Assembly (NCBI GenBank): GCA_963720315.1
Contig: CAVRFC010000002.1
Location: 1,213,167-1,277,166 of the forward strand
DNA: 64,000 bases
Direction of reading: 5' to 3'
Source: an uncultured Chloroflexia bacterium
GTDB lineage: Bacteria > Chloroflexota > Limnocylindria > Limnocylindrales > CSP1-4
Positions 9,853 to 17,498 of this stretch are shown here, piece after piece. The notes under the pieces are model-generated. The model had not been told where the DNA came from. It did no database searches and was given only the letters and a program-made list of their open reading frames with translations. A program made the position numbers and the translations under genes. How positions within the stretch are numbered: the stretch's first letter is position 1; the number at the start of each line of letters is the position of its first letter.

Positions 9853-11251
9853 ATGCATCGTGGCGAGGTGACGAACGTGCATGCGGTGCCGGGCCTCGAT
9901 CGGATCACGGGGACGGTCATCGGGCCGGACCATGACGGATACGACGGCGCGCGACAGACATTCAACGGGACGATCGACCGGCGACCGGCGATGATCGTTC
10001 AATGTCGGTCGACGCCGGACGTGGTCGCGGCCGTCCAGGCCGCGCGCAGCGCGGGGCTCCCGATCGCGATCCGTGGCGGCGGCCACTCTGTCGCCGGCCA
10101 TGCCGTTGCCGACGGGGCGCTGGTCGTGGACCTGCGCGAGATGCGCCGCGTTGAGGTCGATCCCGGGCGGCGGATCGCGCGCGCCCAGGGCGGGGCGCTG
10201 TGGGAGGACGTGGACCTCGCGACTACCGCGCATGGCCTCGCGACCACGGGTGGCACCTTTGGCGACACGGGCATCGGCGGGCTGACGCTCACCGGTGGGA
10301 TCGGATTCCTCATGGGAACGTTCGGCCTGACCTGTGACAACCTGGTCCGGGCCGAGGTCGTCACCGCCGACGGATCGGTCGTCATCGCGGGCGAGGACGG
10401 CGATCCTGAGCTGCTCTGGGCACTCCGCGGCGGCGGGGGCAACTTCGGCGTCGTGACCGAGTTCGAGTTCGCCGTTCATCCCCTTGCGCCGATCCAGTCG
10501 GGCGACATCTCGGTCCCGCTGGAGCATGCTCGGGAGGGGTTGGCGGCCGTTGCCGATCTCGCACGGCAGGCTCCGCCCGAGCTCGTGATGTTCGTGGGCG
10601 GCCCGACGTTCGAAAGCGTCGATGGCATCGAGCCGGATCCGGCGACTGCCCCGCCGGTGTTCCGGATCACCGTCATCTATCAGGGACACGAATGAGGCCG
10701 CGGAGCGTGTGATCCGGTCGCTGCGCGCAGTTCCGGGGGCGTCGGGCGACATCAACCCGAGCACCTACCTCGAGGTCCAGGCAAGCAGCGGGATCCTGTC
10801 GTTCGGTCTACGGCATTACTGGAAGGGCCACTTCGTTCGCGACCTGGACACGGCGGCGATCGATGCGGTGGCAACTGCCCTCGAGACGAGCCCACCGGGC
10901 ATGTCGTTCATGCTCCTCGAGGCGATCACGGGGCGGGCCCGGTCGGAGCCCGCCGGCGGTGCGGCGTTCGGGCAGCGTGAGGCACGCTGGAACGTCTCCG
11001 CGATCGCCATGTGGGAGGATCCGTCAGAAGACAGCTCGATGATCGCCTGGGCGCGGCAGGTCGTGGACTCTCTCAAGCCGTGGTCATTCAGCGGTGCTGG
11101 ATACGGCAACTACGCCATGGACGAGCCCGCGGAGCGAGTCCGGGCGGCATTCGGCCCGGAGCGATTCGACCGGCTCGCGCGGGTCAAGCGCCGCTACGAC
11201 CCCGACAACATGTTCCGGTTCAACCACAACATCCCGCCGGCGGATCGCTAG
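9853..11251 (+). CDS. FAD-linked oxidase (FAD_binding_4 plus BBE-like C-terminal domain), one apparent frameshift
   Basis: ORF 9853..10695 (..PIAIRGGGHSVAGHAV..LWALRGGGGNFGVVTEFEF..) continues into ORF 10622..11251 (..DTNEAAERVIRSLRAV..YGNYAMDE..RLARVKRRYDPDNMFRFNHNIPP). They join if one G is added to the GGG run at 10683-10685. The exact start is uncertain (ATG 9853 or a downstream GTG). Confidence 0.75.
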
Positions 11252-11255
11252 CTCG

Positions 11256-11564
11256 CTAGTTGCCGTCGTCCGGCGCCGCGTCCTCCGCGGTCGCCAGGTC
11301 GCGCGCCTCGAGACCGCCACCCGGTCGAGTCAGCAGCTGCTTGACTCTGAGCTCCGCGTCGTTGAGGAGTCGCTCGCAGTGCCGCTGGAGGGCGACGGCG
11401 CGCTCGGTCCGGGCGATTGTCTCCTCCAGCGCGAGCCCGCCGGCTTCGAGCTCCTCGATCGCCTGCCGGAGCTCGGTGAAGGCGGCATCGAACGGAAGGG
11501 CGGCAATCTCGGCGTCGATCGTGTCAGCCTGGTCCGTCGTCACGCGGCTCCTCGTCGGGCTCAC
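11256..11564 (-). CDS. xseB: Exodeoxyribonuclease VII small subunit
   Basis: ORF 11256..11564 (..FTELRQAIEELEAGGLALEETIARTERAVALQRHCERLLNDAELRVKQL) lies downstream of xseA. An alternative GTG start is at 11543. Confidence 0.75.
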   Translation of the reverse strand: MSPTRSRVTTDQADTIDAEIAALPFDAAFTELRQAIEELEAGGLALEETIARTERAVALQRHCERLLNDAELRVKQLLTRPGGGLEARDLATAEDAAPDDGN

Positions 11565-11685
11565 TCTCGTCGCGCTCGTCGCGCTCCGTCCAGCGCGTCA
11601 GCCGGGGTGCGACGAGCATACCAAGGCCGATCCCGATGATGGCCACGAACGCGACCAGGCCGATGAAGACGATGAGTTCCGTCAC
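11524..11685 (-). CDS. Possible small single-pass membrane protein (53 aa) between xseA and xseB
   Basis: This is the tail of ORF 11524..12258 read from the GTG at 11685 (VTELIVFIGLVAFVAIIGIGLGMLVAPRLTRWTERDERDESEPDEEPRDDGPG). It has a clean TM helix plus an acidic tail, and the GTG overlaps the xseA stop as GTGA. I recognise no homology. Confidence 0.35.
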   Translation of the reverse strand: MTELIVFIGLVAFVAIIGIGLGMLVAPRLTRWTERDERDESEPDEEPRDDGPG

Positions 11686-13097
11686 CCTGGCGCATCGACG
11701 GTCGCGGCGATCTCGCCCTCGGCGACGCGAAGCCTGAGAGGCGTCGCGGGCGGCGCCTCGCCCGGGGCGCGGACGATCGCGCCATCGGACGTTCGCCGAA
11801 CGATCGCGTAGCCGCGTTCGAGCGTCCGCTGCGGATCGAGGACCGCGAGCGCGGCCGTGGCGGCGTCGAGATCGGAGCGCGCTCGGCGGGTCCGTGCCGT
11901 GGCGAGTTGGGGCAGCGCGGCCGTCGTGGTGTCCATCGCCACGCGGCGTCGACCGAGCGCTCCGTCGACCGCCCGGACACCACGGTCCAGCAACAGCCCG
12001 ACGCGCTCGCGCGATGCGGCGAGCTGGGCCAGCGGGTCGAGTCGGGCAAGGGCCCGTCGCTCCGCGTCGAGGTCGCGCCGGAGCGTCCCGAGGTGGCCAC
12101 CCGCTGCTGAGGCAATCCGCTCGCTCGCCCGGCGGAAGGCCTTCTCCCACTCGCTCCGGTCCGGCACGACGAGCTCTGCAGCGGCTGATGGCGTCGGCGC
12201 GCGGACGTCGGCGGCGAAGTCGGCCAGGGTGACGTCGACCTCGTGGCCGACGCCGCACACAACGGGCACGCTATGGGCGACGACCGCCCGAACAACGCGC
12301 TCATCGTTGAACGACCACAGGTCCTCGAGGCTGCCGCCGCCGCGGGCGAGGATCGTCACCTGCGGAGCGTCGTCGGGCCGCCCTTCGCGCTGGCTCTGCT
12401 CGATCCAGCGCTCCAGCCGGCGGAACGCGGCGACGATGCTCGCCGGTGCCTCTTCGCCCTGGACCTTGCATGCGACCAAAACGACCTGCGTAAGCGGCCA
12501 GCGGCGAGCGAGGACGTGGCCGATGTCGCGCCAGACGACCCCCGTCGGGCTGGTGATGACCGCGATCGTCGTCGGGCGAGGCGGAAGCGGGCGCTTGCGA
12601 GCCGTGTCGAACAGGCCCTCCTGAGTCAGGCGCGCCTTGAGCGCCTCGAAACGCAGCGTCAGGTCGCCGAACCCCGCCGGCTGGATCGATTCGACGTAGA
12701 GCTGGAGCGCCCCCTGCGGCTCGAACAGGTCGACCCGACCATGAGCGACGATCCGGAGCCCGGCCTGGGGCTGGAACGCGGACCGGACGCGTTCGTCACG
12801 GAACCAGACGCACTGGAGCGCATTGCGCTCGTCCTTGAGCGTGAAGTAGGCATGACCGGCGGAGCTGACCGTCACCCGGCCGACTTCGCCCTCGACCCAG
12901 ACGTCACGGAGCCCCTCGTGGGCCCGGATCGCATCACGAACCGCCTTGGTGATCTCGCTGACCCCCAGGATCCGGAGGCCGAACGTCCCGGGCGGCGTGG
13001 GCACCGGGCTCGCGGAGTCGATCGTTTCGTCCCAGGATGGAAGGAGCCCCTCAGGTCGCTCGGATCCGCTCATCCGCACATCATCGCCTGTTGGCAC
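11682..13097 (-). CDS. xseA: Exodeoxyribonuclease VII large subunit
   Basis: ORF 11682..13097 has an OB-fold N-terminus (VWVEGEVGRVTVSSAGHAYFTLKDERNALQCVWF) and a catalytic core (ILARGGGSLEDLWSFNDERVVRAV). An alternative ATG start is at 13073. Confidence 0.85.
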   Translation of the reverse strand: MPTGDDVRMSGSERPEGLLPSWDETIDSASPVPTPPGTFGLRILGVSEITKAVRDAIRAHEGLRDVWVEGEVGRVTVSSAGHAYFTLKDERNALQCVWFRDERVRSAFQPQAGLRIVAHGRVDLFEPQGALQLYVESIQPAGFGDLTLRFEALKARLTQEGLFDTARKRPLPPRPTTIAVITSPTGVVWRDIGHVLARRWPLTQVVLVACKVQGEEAPASIVAAFRRLERWIEQSQREGRPDDAPQVTILARGGGSLEDLWSFNDERVVRAVVAHSVPVVCGVGHEVDVTLADFAADVRAPTPSAAAELVVPDRSEWEKAFRRASERIASAAGGHLGTLRRDLDAERRALARLDPLAQLAASRERVGLLLDRGVRAVDGALGRRRVAMDTTTAALPQLATARTRRARSDLDAATAALAVLDPQRTLERGYAIVRRTSDGAIVRAPGEAPPATPLRLRVAEGEIAATVDAPG

Positions 13098-13103
13098 GCC
13101 GAC

Positions 13104-13128
13104 GCGTGGTCCGGCTGGCGGACCGACG
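13104..13128. repeat. Solo copy of the palindromic intergenic repeat (GGTCCG-GCTGG-CGGACC)
   Basis: GCGTGGTCCGGCTGGCGGACC lies in the 43-nt gap between the dinB-family stop and the xseA start. The first 17 nt are identical to the start of the first 27.9-kb repeat unit. It has perfect 6-bp arms at 13108-13113 and 13119-13124. Confidence 0.6.
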
Positions 13129-13140
13129 ACGTCGCCTGGC

Positions 13141-13668
13141 CTAGCCGAATCCGAGCTGCTGAAAGCGCCACCGGTCGTCGCCGTCGAGCAGGCTTCGGAT
13201 GTGATTGATCTCGCCAGCGTGGTAGGCGTCGTGGGTGATCATCGCCGCGATGAGCCAGCGTGTCGGGCGCTGCTCGCCCCAGTTGGTGGCACGGTCCTTG
13301 TCGAGCTCCGCGTCGTCCTCGAGGGCCGCGACATGGTCGACGAGCCGGACGTGGGCAGCCTCGAGCCATGCGATCACGTCGGGCGGCGAACCGCCGGCGG
13401 CGAAGGGCTCCACTTCGGGCGTCCCGAACTGGAGAGTCCCGCCGCCAAACGCATAGTCGTCGTACATGACCTTGCACGCGCCGACGTGGCCGGCGATATC
13501 CCGGATGGACCGAGCCGCGCCCGCTGGCAGTGCCTCCCATTGGTCGGGAGGGACGGTTGCGATGTTCGTCAGCAACGCCTGGCTCTCGTTGTTCTCCTCG
13601 ATCCCGGCGCCGCGGAACGCGTCGTCGAGCAGGTAGAGGAACGCGTCGATTCCGCTTCGGGCAGCCAC
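13141..13668 (-). CDS. DinB/YfiT-like family protein
   Basis: This is the C-terminal 176 codons of ORF 13141..13800 (..IRDIAGHVGACKVMYDDYAFGG..WLIAAMITHDAYHAGEINHIRSL). A GTG at 13668 lies 5 nt after GGAGG. Confidence 0.7.
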   Translation of the reverse strand: MAARSGIDAFLYLLDDAFRGAGIEENNESQALLTNIATVPPDQWEALPAGAARSIRDIAGHVGACKVMYDDYAFGGGTLQFGTPEVEPFAAGGSPPDVIAWLEAAHVRLVDHVAALEDDAELDKDRATNWGEQRPTRWLIAAMITHDAYHAGEINHIRSLLDGDDRWRFQQLGFG

Positions 13669-13681
13669 AGCCACCTCCCCG

Positions 13682-14239
13682 CTAGACCCGCGTCTGATAC
13701 TCGCCGGTCCGGGTATCGACCCGGATCGTGTCGCCTTCGTTGACGAAGATCGGGACTGTGACGACCAGCCCGGTTTCGGTTGTCGCTGGCTTGCGGGCAC
13801 CGCTCTGCGTGTCGCCTGCGAAGCCTGGCTCGGTCTCGGTCACGTGGAGGTCGACGGTGACGGGCAGCTCGACGCCGATCGTCTCGCCCTGGTAGCTCGT
13901 TCGGTCTAGGGTCATCCCGTCCTTCATGTATTGGGCCGCCTCGCCGAGCTGGGCCGAGGTCAGCACGAACTGGTCGTACGTGTCGTTGTCCATGAAGTGG
14001 AAATCGTCGGCGTCGCGGTACAGGAACTGGACCGGGCGCTTCTCCATCGATGCGCGCGGCCACTTCGTCCCTGCCTGGAACGACCGTTCCACCGTCTGGC
14101 CGCGCTTGATGTTGCGGAGGGTGATTCGCACCTGGGCTGATCCGCGGCCCATCTTGATGTGGTGGTAGTCGAGGATCTGCCAGAGCTCGCCGTCGAGCTC
14201 GATGGCGAGGCCCTTGCGCAGGTCGCCGGTGCCGATCAT
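13682..14239 (-). CDS. efp: Elongation factor P
   Basis: Read from the ATG at 14239 inside ORF 13682..14602: MIGTGDLRKGLAIELDGELWQILDYHHIKMGRGSAQVRITLRNIKRGQTVE..GDTQSGARKPATTETGLVVTVPIFV. Confidence 0.9.
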   Translation of the reverse strand: MIGTGDLRKGLAIELDGELWQILDYHHIKMGRGSAQVRITLRNIKRGQTVERSFQAGTKWPRASMEKRPVQFLYRDADDFHFMDNDTYDQFVLTSAQLGEAAQYMKDGMTLDRTSYQGETIGVELPVTVDLHVTETEPGFAGDTQSGARKPATTETGLVVTVPIFVNEGDTIRVDTRTGEYQTRV

Positions 14240-14355
14240 GTGGGTAGTGAGCTCCTGGAGTGACGCCGACGGGTCGTAAGAACGCGCGACGCGCGGACCG
14301 GCGGTACGGGATCGGATCGTGGCCGCGATTGTAGCCGACGACTTCCCGGCGGCGG

Positions 14356-15585
14356 TCAGACACCGACGATGATCGGCTCCCGTGGGAAGAGCGTCAGGCG
14401 CTCCACATTGCCGGCGCTTGCGTCGAGGAACACGAGATCTTCGATCCGAACGCCGGTCTCGCCCTCGAGGTAGATCCCGGGCTCCACCGAGAAGACGGTC
14501 GGCGACGCCAGCCGGGCATCGGTCGCAGAGCGACTCAGCGACGGCCGTTCGTGGGTCGCGAGCCCGATCCCATGACCCAATCCGTGGCCGAACGCCGGCC
14601 AACGACCGTCGGCCTCGATGAGCGACCGTGCGAGGGCGTCAAGGTCACGGCCGGACGGCAGGTCCAGGTCCCCGCCGACGGACGCCTCAAGCTGGGCGAT
14701 CGCGGCGGCCTGCGCCTCGGCCACGAGCTCGTAGACCGCGGCGTCCCGCTCCGATTGCTCGCCGACGAAGAGCGTCCGCGTCATGTCGCTCCGGTACCCG
14801 TCGACCTGCGCCCCGAAATCGAAGAGGACGACCGACCCGCTCGCCATCGGCGCGTCACCCGGCGATCCGTGAGGCAATGCTGCCTGCGGTCCGGCGAGAC
14901 AGGTCGGGTCGAAGGCGACCGCCTCCGCGCCGCCCGTCCGGAGAAGCCATTCCAGTTCCAGCGCCAGGGCAGCCTCGGTCACGCCCGGCTTGATCCGGGG
15001 CAGGAGCGACGCGAGCGCCCGGTCGGCGACCGCGCACGCGGCCGCGATCCGCTCCACCTCGGCAGGCTCCTTGATCTCACGATCCGCCTCGATCCAGCCC
15101 TCGACCGGGACGAGCTCGACGCCCGGCGCGGCCGCCTCGAGGCGGCCCCAGAGCGCGTGGGGCACGAAGCCCGCCTCGACGGCCACCCGCTTCGCGCCAA
15201 GGGAGGCCACGAGCGACTCCCACTTCGCCGGCAGGTCGTAGCCCGCGTCCTCGATCCTGGCGCCAGTCGCCTCGCGCCCGGCCTGGATCGTGTAGCGCGA
15301 GTCGGCGAGGACAACGACCTCGCTGCCACCGACGAGGAACTGGCCGGAATGGCCGGCGACCTTCTCCTCGCCCTCGCCCAGCACGAAGCCGGTGACGTAG
15401 CGCGTGTTCTCGCGTCGGACTCCGAAGTAGGCCTCGACGTTGTGCGCGGCGAACCTGGCCCGAAGTCGGGCGAGCCGGGCCGGCCGAGCGGCCCGGTCCG
15501 CCTCCGCCCAACGGGCGTGGTCTTCGGCTTTCGGTGGCGCCGCGAAGTCAGCCGGGCTCGGCAATGCTGCTGTGCTCTCGGTCAT
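14356..15585 (-). CDS. M24 family Xaa-Pro aminopeptidase
   Basis: ORF 14356..15585 has a creatinase-like N-domain and the M24 metal-ligand context (DFGAQVDGYRSDMTRT .. GHGLGHGIGLATHERP .. VFSVEPGIYLEGETGVRIEDLV). Adjacency to efp is conserved synteny. Its ATG overlaps the mltG stop (ATGA). Confidence 0.85.
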   Translation of the reverse strand: MTESTAALPSPADFAAPPKAEDHARWAEADRAARPARLARLRARFAAHNVEAYFGVRRENTRYVTGFVLGEGEEKVAGHSGQFLVGGSEVVVLADSRYTIQAGREATGARIEDAGYDLPAKWESLVASLGAKRVAVEAGFVPHALWGRLEAAAPGVELVPVEGWIEADREIKEPAEVERIAAACAVADRALASLLPRIKPGVTEAALALELEWLLRTGGAEAVAFDPTCLAGPQAALPHGSPGDAPMASGSVVLFDFGAQVDGYRSDMTRTLFVGEQSERDAAVYELVAEAQAAAIAQLEASVGGDLDLPSGRDLDALARSLIEADGRWPAFGHGLGHGIGLATHERPSLSRSATDARLASPTVFSVEPGIYLEGETGVRIEDLVFLDASAGNVERLTLFPREPIIVGV

Positions 15586-16751
15586 CAGTAGCCGTACTTC
15601 TCGCGGTTGGCATCATGCTCGGCCTGGTTCCTGGCGAATGCATGGCCGTCGGACCCGTCGTTCTTCGCCAGGAAGAAGACGTAGCCCTCCGCCGTGTCGG
15701 GAGCGAGCGCGGCGTCGATCGAGGCGAGGGTCGGGGTACAGATCGGGCCGGGGATGAGCCCCTCGGCCTGATAGGTCTGGTAGCCCTTGAGGTCCTCGGG
15801 CAGGGTGATATCCGCCATGGCGATCTCTTTCGGAACGTCCCAGAAGACGTACTCGCGCCAGGTTTCGAATTCCCGCTCGGCGAGCTTCACGGTGTCGTAG
15901 CCGTAGATGACGGTCGGATCCGCCTGGAGCAGCCGGTGGCCGAGCTTCCCGTCGAGCCGGTTCTGGTAGACGCCGGCGATCAGCGCTCGCTCCTCGTCGA
16001 GTATCGCCTCCCGCTCTACGAGCGATGCGAGTGACAGCACCTCGCGGAACGACATGCCGCGCTCGGCGGGAACGTTCATCCGGCCCTCGATCGCTCCTTG
16101 GAAGCGGTCGAGCATGAGCCGAACCAGCTCATCGCCGGTCGTGTCGGGCAGGACGCGATAGGTCGCCGGCCAGAGGTAGCCCTGGAGCGAGACGCCATCC
16201 GGGAGCTCCAGCCATTCGTAGTCGGCGAGAAGCTCAGGGGTCGGGTGCGACGCGAGATCGTAGAACTCGCGCGGATCCATCTTCAGGCCGTCGATGGTCT
16301 GGAGCAGGGCCGTCACCTGCTCGAGGCGGAGGCCGGTCCGGAGCTTGATCTCGACATACGGGACGGCCGGCGGCGCAAGGAGCGCGGTGACGATCTCATC
16401 GGGCGTCATCGAACGGCGGAGGATGAACTCGCCGGACTTCAGCTTGCCAGTGAGATCGCGCTGGACAGCGATGTAGACGAATGCGCGGCGATCCTTGACG
16501 AAGCCCTCCTCCTCGAGCTTCGCAGCGATCGTCGTCGCACTCTCCCCGGAGCCGATGACGAAGGTCACCTGTTCGGTGTCGTCCGATGCGGGATCGGTGA
16601 GCTTCTTGCCGAGGTCCTCCCGAACGAGGTCGGCCACAATCGGCATGTCGAGAGCGCCCGGGTTATCGGCCGCCCAGCCGATCACGGCCCCTCGGACCAC
16701 GGGCCGGAGAATCGTTACCAGCGCTGCCAGGACGATGGCGGCAAGGATCAC
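15585..16751 (-). CDS. mltG: Endolytic murein transglycosylase MltG (YceG-like); true 5' end probably lies upstream, somewhere up to 16950
   Basis: ORF 15585..16751 has YceG-like motifs (LQADPTVIYG .. YQTYQAEGLIPGPICTPTLASIDAAL). The first canonical start cuts the TM helix (..LIRFLLFAV/ILAAIVLAALVTIL). See the finding on 16752..16950. Confidence 0.8.
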   Translation of the reverse strand: MILAAIVLAALVTILRPVVRGAVIGWAADNPGALDMPIVADLVREDLGKKLTDPASDDTEQVTFVIGSGESATTIAAKLEEEGFVKDRRAFVYIAVQRDLTGKLKSGEFILRRSMTPDEIVTALLAPPAVPYVEIKLRTGLRLEQVTALLQTIDGLKMDPREFYDLASHPTPELLADYEWLELPDGVSLQGYLWPATYRVLPDTTGDELVRLMLDRFQGAIEGRMNVPAERGMSFREVLSLASLVEREAILDEERALIAGVYQNRLDGKLGHRLLQADPTVIYGYDTVKLAEREFETWREYVFWDVPKEIAMADITLPEDLKGYQTYQAEGLIPGPICTPTLASIDAALAPDTAEGYVFFLAKNDGSDGHAFARNQAEHDANREKYGY

Positions 16752-16946
16752 GGCGAACAGCAGGAACCTGATCAGGCCACCGTGCCCGCCGCCGTCGTGG
16801 CCGCGCCGCCCATATCCCCCGCCATTCGATCCGTGTCCGTTCCCCGGCGATCGCCGGTACTCCGGCTCCCACGTCTCCTCGCGCGTAGTCCTCGACGATG
16901 GGGTGGGCCTGCCGTGCGTCCCGGGGGCGTCCGCCGGAGCGGAGGG

Positions 16947-17498
16947 TCATCGTGTGGTCTCCATGTCGTCGTCAGGGCTTGATCCCCCGTCCGCCTGGGT
17001 CGCCTGGGTCGCCGGGTTCGCGTGGTTCGCCGGGTTCGCCGGGTTCGCCGCCTTGGCGGCGCGGGCATCGAGCTCATCCTGGAGGATGATCGCCGCCGCT
17101 TCGCGATCGACCCGGCCACGGTGGGCGTCTCGCTGGGTCCTGCTCGGTGGGCCGCCGGAGCGTCCCCGCTTCATCGGGCCGACGCGGGCCTCCGCGAGGT
17201 GGCTCGACAGGCGCTCGTCGCGCAGGGTAATTGTGACGCCAACGAGCGGTTCGAGCGCAGCGACCCAGTCGCGGGTGATCTCGGCCTGGGTTCCGGCCGC
17301 ACCGGACGCGTGAAGCGGCAGCCCGACGACGAGCTCGTCCGCGTCCTGCTCCATCGCGATCCGGGCGATCGCAGCAGCCTCTTGCGCCGGCGTCGAGCGG
17401 TAGAGGGTCACGAGGGCCGTCGCCAGCCCTCCGTCGCGATCCGCCACCGCCAGCCCGATCCGCCTCTCGCCGAGATCCGCCCCAAGAATCCGCGTCAC
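16947..17498 (-). CDS. ruvX: Putative pre-16S rRNA nuclease / Holliday junction resolvase-like protein RuvX (YqgF)
   Basis: ORF 16947..17498 ([42 protein letters not shown]..) has a low-complexity C-terminal tail. Its GTG overlaps the stop of the upstream gene (GTGA). Confidence 0.85.
   Translation of the reverse strand: MTRILGADLGERRIGLAVADRDGGLATALVTLYRSTPAQEAAAIARIAMEQDADELVVGLPLHASGAAGTQAEITRDWVAALEPLVGVTITLRDERLSSHLAEARVGPMKRGRSGGPPSRTQRDAHRGRVDREAAAIILQDELDARAAKAANPANPANHANPATQATQADGGSSPDDDMETTR
16992..17054. repeat. Seven tandem 9-bp units (CGCCKGGKT) inside the ruvX 3' region
   Basis: The DNA reads cgcctgggt cgcctgggt cgccgggtt cgcgtggtt cgccgggtt cgccgggtt cgccgcctt. On the minus strand it encodes ..[19 protein letters not shown]. 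Confidence 0.8.

Noticed and set aside
9834-9862. A TTGACA hexamer upstream of the FAD oxidase gene as a promoter.
   Set aside because: No acceptable -10 element lies 16-18 nt downstream. A lone -35 match is not enough to report a promoter.
9745-10764. The N-terminal 340 codons of the 1026-aa ORF 7684..10764, which would make a giant DXS.
   Set aside because: That part is Arg/Asp/Pro-rich nonsense lying antisense to a well-supported FAD oxidase gene. A GTG with an AGGAG ribosome-binding site at 9744 gives a normal-length DXS.
14328-14333. A TACAAT hexamer (minus strand) about 90 nt upstream of efp as its promoter.
   Set aside because: It is a good -10 match in GC-rich DNA, but the best -35-like element (CTGACC) is 20 nt away. 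It is not reported as a feature.
16947-16949. Selenocysteine or programmed read-through at the ruvX TGA, producing a RuvX-MltG fusion.
   Set aside because: I saw no SECIS-like hairpin immediately downstream, and the flanking sequence is low-complexity. In GC-rich DNA, 65 stop-free codons are not rare. It is kept only as the least likely option in the mltG 5'-end finding.
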